Source: a virus (taxonomy: Duplodnaviria; Heunggongvirae; Uroviricota; Caudoviricetes). From it: a stretch of 9,039 nt of DNA. The notes under the pieces were generated by a model, which worked only from the letters and a program-made list of their open reading frames with translations, searched no databases and was not told the DNA's origin. The stretch covers positions 1-9,039 of the IMG/VR virus record IMGVR_UViG_2645727555_000009; one strand, given 5' to 3'. The translations under genes were made by a program, and so were the position numbers. Shown one piece after another: positions 6,712-9,039 of the stretch. Every line of letters starts with the position of its first letter. The stretch's first letter is position 1.

Positions 6712-7212
6712 ATGAAAAGAAAATCCCTGTCAGAGATCGACCTGCAAGCCGCCCAGAGACTGAAAGAAATCTGGACGGCGAAAAAAAATCAACTAGGGTT
6801 AACCCAAGAGCGTGCGGCAGAAATTCTGGGATTTTCGACACAGGGAGCTGTAAGCCATTATCTAAATGGTCAGACACCTTTAAATCTTGAGGCTGTTATC
6901 AAGTTCGCAGGGTTGCTGCAAGTTCCTCCCGAGTCAATCAGACCAGATATGGCCGAGTTGTTACAAATTGTAAGGATGTATCCCCAAGAATCTGGGGAGG
7001 ACAATGTTGTCACTATATCTGCAGATATGGAACAATCGGAAAACGAACTTCCGTTTAATATAGACCCCATGGAGCGGGATTTGCTCCAGACGTTCAGGGC
7101 TTTCCCCAAAGAAGATAAAGAGAAAATGCTTAAGGAAATGAAGGAGAAAAAAGAATCAATTGAAGAAATCGTTGCGCGATGGCTAGCTGCGCAAAAGGGT
7201 CGTCGCGCCTAA
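6712..7212 (+). CDS. paaR2: Prophage repressor at the cI position (PaaR2-like HTH_XRE regulator), 166 aa, lacking a LexA/S24 autocleavage domain
   Basis: N-terminal HTH (LGLTQERAAEILGFSTQGAVSHYLNG), divergent from the Cro-like gene. The C-terminus is E/K-rich with no Ser-Lys peptidase motif. It is followed by an antitoxin/toxin pair, as in the O157:H7 paaR2-paaA2-parE2 locus. The gene symbol is a recollection-based assignment. Confidence 0.6.
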   Translation: MKRKSLSEIDLQAAQRLKEIWTAKKNQLGLTQERAAEILGFSTQGAVSHYLNGQTPLNLEAVIKFAGLLQVPPESIRPDMAELLQIVRMYPQESGEDNVVTISADMEQSENELPFNIDPMERDLLQTFRAFPKEDKEKMLKEMKEKKESIEEIVARWLAAQKGRRA

Positions 7213-7229
7213 TCTGAGGAGGTAAAAAC

Positions 7230-7421
7230 ATGAGTACAGCCCTTTCCCCGATAATTTCTGAATTTGAAACAGTCGAACAAGAAAACAGCTATAACGAATG
7301 GTTGCGAACCAAAGTGGCAGCAAGCCTCTCAGATCCCCGTCCTGCAATTCCACATGACGAAGTAATGGCTGAAATGGAAAACCTTATTGCTCAATTAGCT
7401 GCAACGAACAGGAGTGAGTAA
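7230..7421 (+). CDS. paaA2: Small antitoxin of a ParE-type toxin-antitoxin module (PaaA2-like), 63 aa
   Basis: Strong GAGGAGG Shine-Dalgarno; 63 aa, acidic; its stop overlaps the toxin start (TAATG). Size, position and sequence (…SEFETVEQENSYNEWLR…PRPAIPHDEV…) fit my recollection of PaaA2. Confidence 0.6.
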   Translation: MSTALSPIISEFETVEQENSYNEWLRTKVAASLSDPRPAIPHDEVMAEMENLIAQLAATNRSE

Positions 7422-7711
7422 TGCTGCCCATTTTATGGCTACCTTCTGCACGTGATGATTTACGTCAGATCGTAGCCTATATTGCTAAGGAAAACCCTCC
7501 CGCTGCACGTAGACTAAAAATACGCATTGAAACATCAGTTTTGTCACTTACTGAACACCCTTATCTGTACCCACCGAGCGAAAGAGTTCCAAGTCTTCGT
7601 GAGATAGTGACTCATCCTAACTACATAATACTTTACCGAGTAACAGCATCTAACATCGAGATCGTAAATGTAGTTCACTCACGAAGACAGTATCCAAACA
7701 AAACCTGTTAA
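7421..7711 (+). CDS. parE2: ParE/RelE-superfamily toxin (ParE2-like), 96 aa
   Basis: Translationally coupled to the upstream antitoxin by a 1-nt overlap. The sequence has the ParE-family pattern (…LRQIVAYIAKENPPAARRL…YRVTASNIEIVNVVHSRR). Confidence 0.7.
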   Translation: MLPILWLPSARDDLRQIVAYIAKENPPAARRLKIRIETSVLSLTEHPYLYPPSERVPSLREIVTHPNYIILYRVTASNIEIVNVVHSRRQYPNKTC

Positions 7712-7725
7712 TCCTTCCTGTCAAC

Positions 7726-7748
7726 AACCACCTTCGGGTGGTTTTTTT
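7726..7748 (+). terminator. Rho-independent terminator after parE2
   Basis: Stem AACCACC / GGTGGTT with a TTCG loop, followed by a T7 run (7742..7748), 15 nt after the parE2 stop. Confidence 0.75.
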
Positions 7749-7758
7749 CTTGCCACGA

Positions 7759-7801
7759 TAATAGCACTACTATTTACATAATTAAATAGTAGTGGTATTG
7801 T
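7759..7801 (+). promoter_or_regulatory. Operator pair (OL-like) overlapping a candidate pL-like promoter for the ydfA-ydfB-ydfC-dicF operon
   Basis: Site 3 TAATAGCACTACTATTT (7759..7775) and site 4 AAATAGTAGTGGTATTG (7784..7800), centres 25 bp apart as in the OR pair. Candidate -35 TTTACA (7773..7778), 17-bp spacer, -10 TATTGT (7796..7801). Together the sites form a 30-bp palindrome (7765..7794). Confidence 0.55.
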
Positions 7802-7980
7802 TCATTCATCAACCCACCCCGCCCCACAGAACGCCAGGCAATACTTCGAGTTACCCGGCAGTGGTCAGGGGTTAAGTAGCCAGCCCGAGGCGTAAGAACA
7901 TGACGGCAGGGTTCAACTTTAATAACTATGCAGCAGTTTTTTGTTCCGCTACCCCGGCGTTAAGGGGAAATGAGGTCAGC

Positions 7981-8136
7981 ATGGATACTATCGATCTTGG
8001 CAACAACGAATCTCTGGTGTACGGCGTATTTCCAAACCAGGACGGCACGTTCACCGCAATGACGTATACCAAAAGCAAAACGTTTAAAACCGAAAATGGT
8101 GCCCGTCGCTGGCTGGAAAGAAACTCAGGTGAGTGA
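7981..8136 (+). CDS. ydfA: YdfA-like small protein (51 aa), first gene of a dicB-type operon
   Basis: ATG at 7981 with a GAGG Shine-Dalgarno. The 51-aa product (MDTIDLGNNESLVYGVFPNQDGTF…) matches the size and context of Qin-prophage YdfA. The longer ORF from 7900 is probably an artefactual extension. Confidence 0.65.
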   Translation: MDTIDLGNNESLVYGVFPNQDGTFTAMTYTKSKTFKTENGARRWLERNSGE

Positions 8137-8137
8137 T

Positions 8138-8266
8138 ATGGATTTCGACACAATCATGGAAAAGGCTTACGAAGAATACTTCGAAGGCCTTGCCGAAGGC
8201 GAAGAAGCTCTCAGCTTCAGTGAGTTTAAACAGGCGCTTTCCAGTTCGGCAAAATCTAACGGCTGA
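8138..8266 (+). CDS. ydfB: YdfB-like small protein (42 aa)
   Basis: ATG at 8138, 2 nt after the ydfA stop, with an AGGTGA Shine-Dalgarno. Encodes MDFDTIMEKAYEEYFEGLAEGEEALSFSEFKQALSSSAKSNG. It is not in the provided ORF track because it is too short; the size matches YdfB. Confidence 0.55.
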   Translation: MDFDTIMEKAYEEYFEGLAEGEEALSFSEFKQALSSSAKSNG

Positions 8267-8295
8267 TAAGCGAAACAGCACCGCGAGGAATCAGT

Positions 8296-8514
8296 ATGCA
8301 GAAACGAGAACCCGTCATCATCGCGCCAGACTATACCGATGATGAACTTTATGAGTGGATGCGCCAGAAAATTAATGCAGCGCAGGATCTGAAATGGGCT
8401 AATGAAGCCAGGGCTAAGCAGGCTGAAAATCTGTCCGCTCTGGAGCAGGATATCACCAGGCTGGAAAAAGCAGCGGCATTAAGCATTGCCAGAATGATTA
8501 CATACCCGCGTTAA
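8296..8514 (+). CDS. ydfC: YdfC-like protein (72 aa)
   Basis: GAGGA Shine-Dalgarno and ATG at 8296; 72 aa with a coiled-coil-like C-terminus. Position matches ydfC of the dicB operon. Confidence 0.6.
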   Translation: MQKREPVIIAPDYTDDELYEWMRQKINAAQDLKWANEARAKQAENLSALEQDITRLEKAAALSIARMITYPR

Positions 8515-8854
8515 TAGCTAACCAACGAAGCTAAGGTTGGTAATTAAGGAGTTCTCCACGGGTGAGGTGGAGTGCGTGCGCCGGACACGGGTGAGCATCC
8601 GGCACTGACAGTTTACTGAAAGGATATTTCCATGAAAAGTCAGACCATAACGCGAAAGCGCACGGCGAGGTAGCTGGTTCATAGATAACCTGTCGTTAAA
8701 TTTTCGTCGACCGTGCGCTTCCGGTTGTGGCACTCCGCGAAATGGCGCGGCGGTAAGTATGGCGGGGTTATTCCTTCCCCGTTGAGGACATCGGGTTGTC
8801 AGGTTGACCATACGCTTAAGTGACAACCCCGCTGCAACGCCCTCTGTTATCAAT

Positions 8855-8912
8855 TTTCTGGTGACGTTTGGCGGTATCAGTTTTACTCCGTGGCTGCTCT
8901 GCCGCCCTTTTT
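8855..8912 (+). ncRNA. dicF: DicF small RNA (prophage-encoded inhibitor of ftsZ translation) with its intrinsic terminator
   Basis: TTTCTGGTGACGTTTGGCGGTATCAGTTTTACTCCGTGGCTGCTCTGCCGCCCTTTTT matches my recollection of E. coli DicF with about one substitution. A GGCGG…CCGCC terminator stem is followed by a T5 run. It lies downstream of ydfC as in the Qin dicB operon. Confidence 0.8.
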
Positions 8913-9039
8913 AAAGTGAATTTTGTGATGCGGTGAATGCGGCTCAGCGCACGCGGAACAGTTAAAACCAAAAACAGTGTTATGGGTGGATTCTCTGTAT
9001 CCGGCGTTAATTGTTAACTGGTTAACGTCACCTGGAGGC

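Noticed and set aside
6712-7212. Possibility that the 166-aa repressor is a LexA-like autocleavable cI
   Set aside because: The C-terminal half is Glu/Lys-rich with no Ser…Lys peptidase S24 signature and is too short for that domain.
7900-7980. N-terminal extension of ydfA (78-aa version starting at 7900)
   Set aside because: The Shine-Dalgarno is poorly placed, while the ATG at 7981 has a GAGG and yields the expected 51-aa product.
8518-8853. 111-aa minus-strand ORF between ydfC and dicF
   Set aside because: It is antisense to the dicB operon leader, Arg-rich and low-complexity, with no Shine-Dalgarno and no recognisable domain. The region is better explained as structured non-coding RNA.
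8515-8854. Possibility that the structured GC-rich spacer is a retron ncRNA or group II intron fragment
   Set aside because: No reverse transcriptase or maturase ORF is nearby, and no recognisable intron domain V or msr/msd inverted-repeat architecture was seen.

Overview
This window looks like the early/immunity region of a lambdoid (Qin/Rac/CP-933P-like) enterobacterial prophage; all calls rest on reading the sequence and on recalled family knowledge, with no database search run. A divergent control region (6605..6711) separates two arms. On the minus strand runs one long, tightly coupled operon: Cro-like YdaS, cII-like YdaT, an O-like replication initiator with five origin iterons inside its coding sequence, a DnaC-like helicase loader, then accessory genes (two HTH proteins, a DUF4406-like protein, a zinc-ribbon protein, a PD-(D/E)xK nuclease-like protein flanked by two paralogous small proteins) ending in a Hok/Gef type I toxin. 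On the plus strand sit a cI-position HTH repressor with no autocleavage domain, a PaaA2-like antitoxin and ParE-family toxin (start overlaps the antitoxin stop by 1 nt), an intrinsic terminator, then a pL-like operon of ydfA/ydfB/ydfC-like small genes and a DicF sRNA. The most notable structures not explained by genes are four 17-bp operator-like sites (AATAG-N5-CTATT) in two pairs with identical 25-bp spacing, an 18-bp exact repeat at two separate gene junctions, a G9 tract abutting the initiator start codon, and a 340-nt structured non-coding spacer upstream of DicF. The best candidates for an undescribed accessory or defence module are the nuclease cluster next to hok (515..1798) and the DUF4406/zinc-ribbon cluster (1894..3371), but no single novel system could be established from sequence alone.
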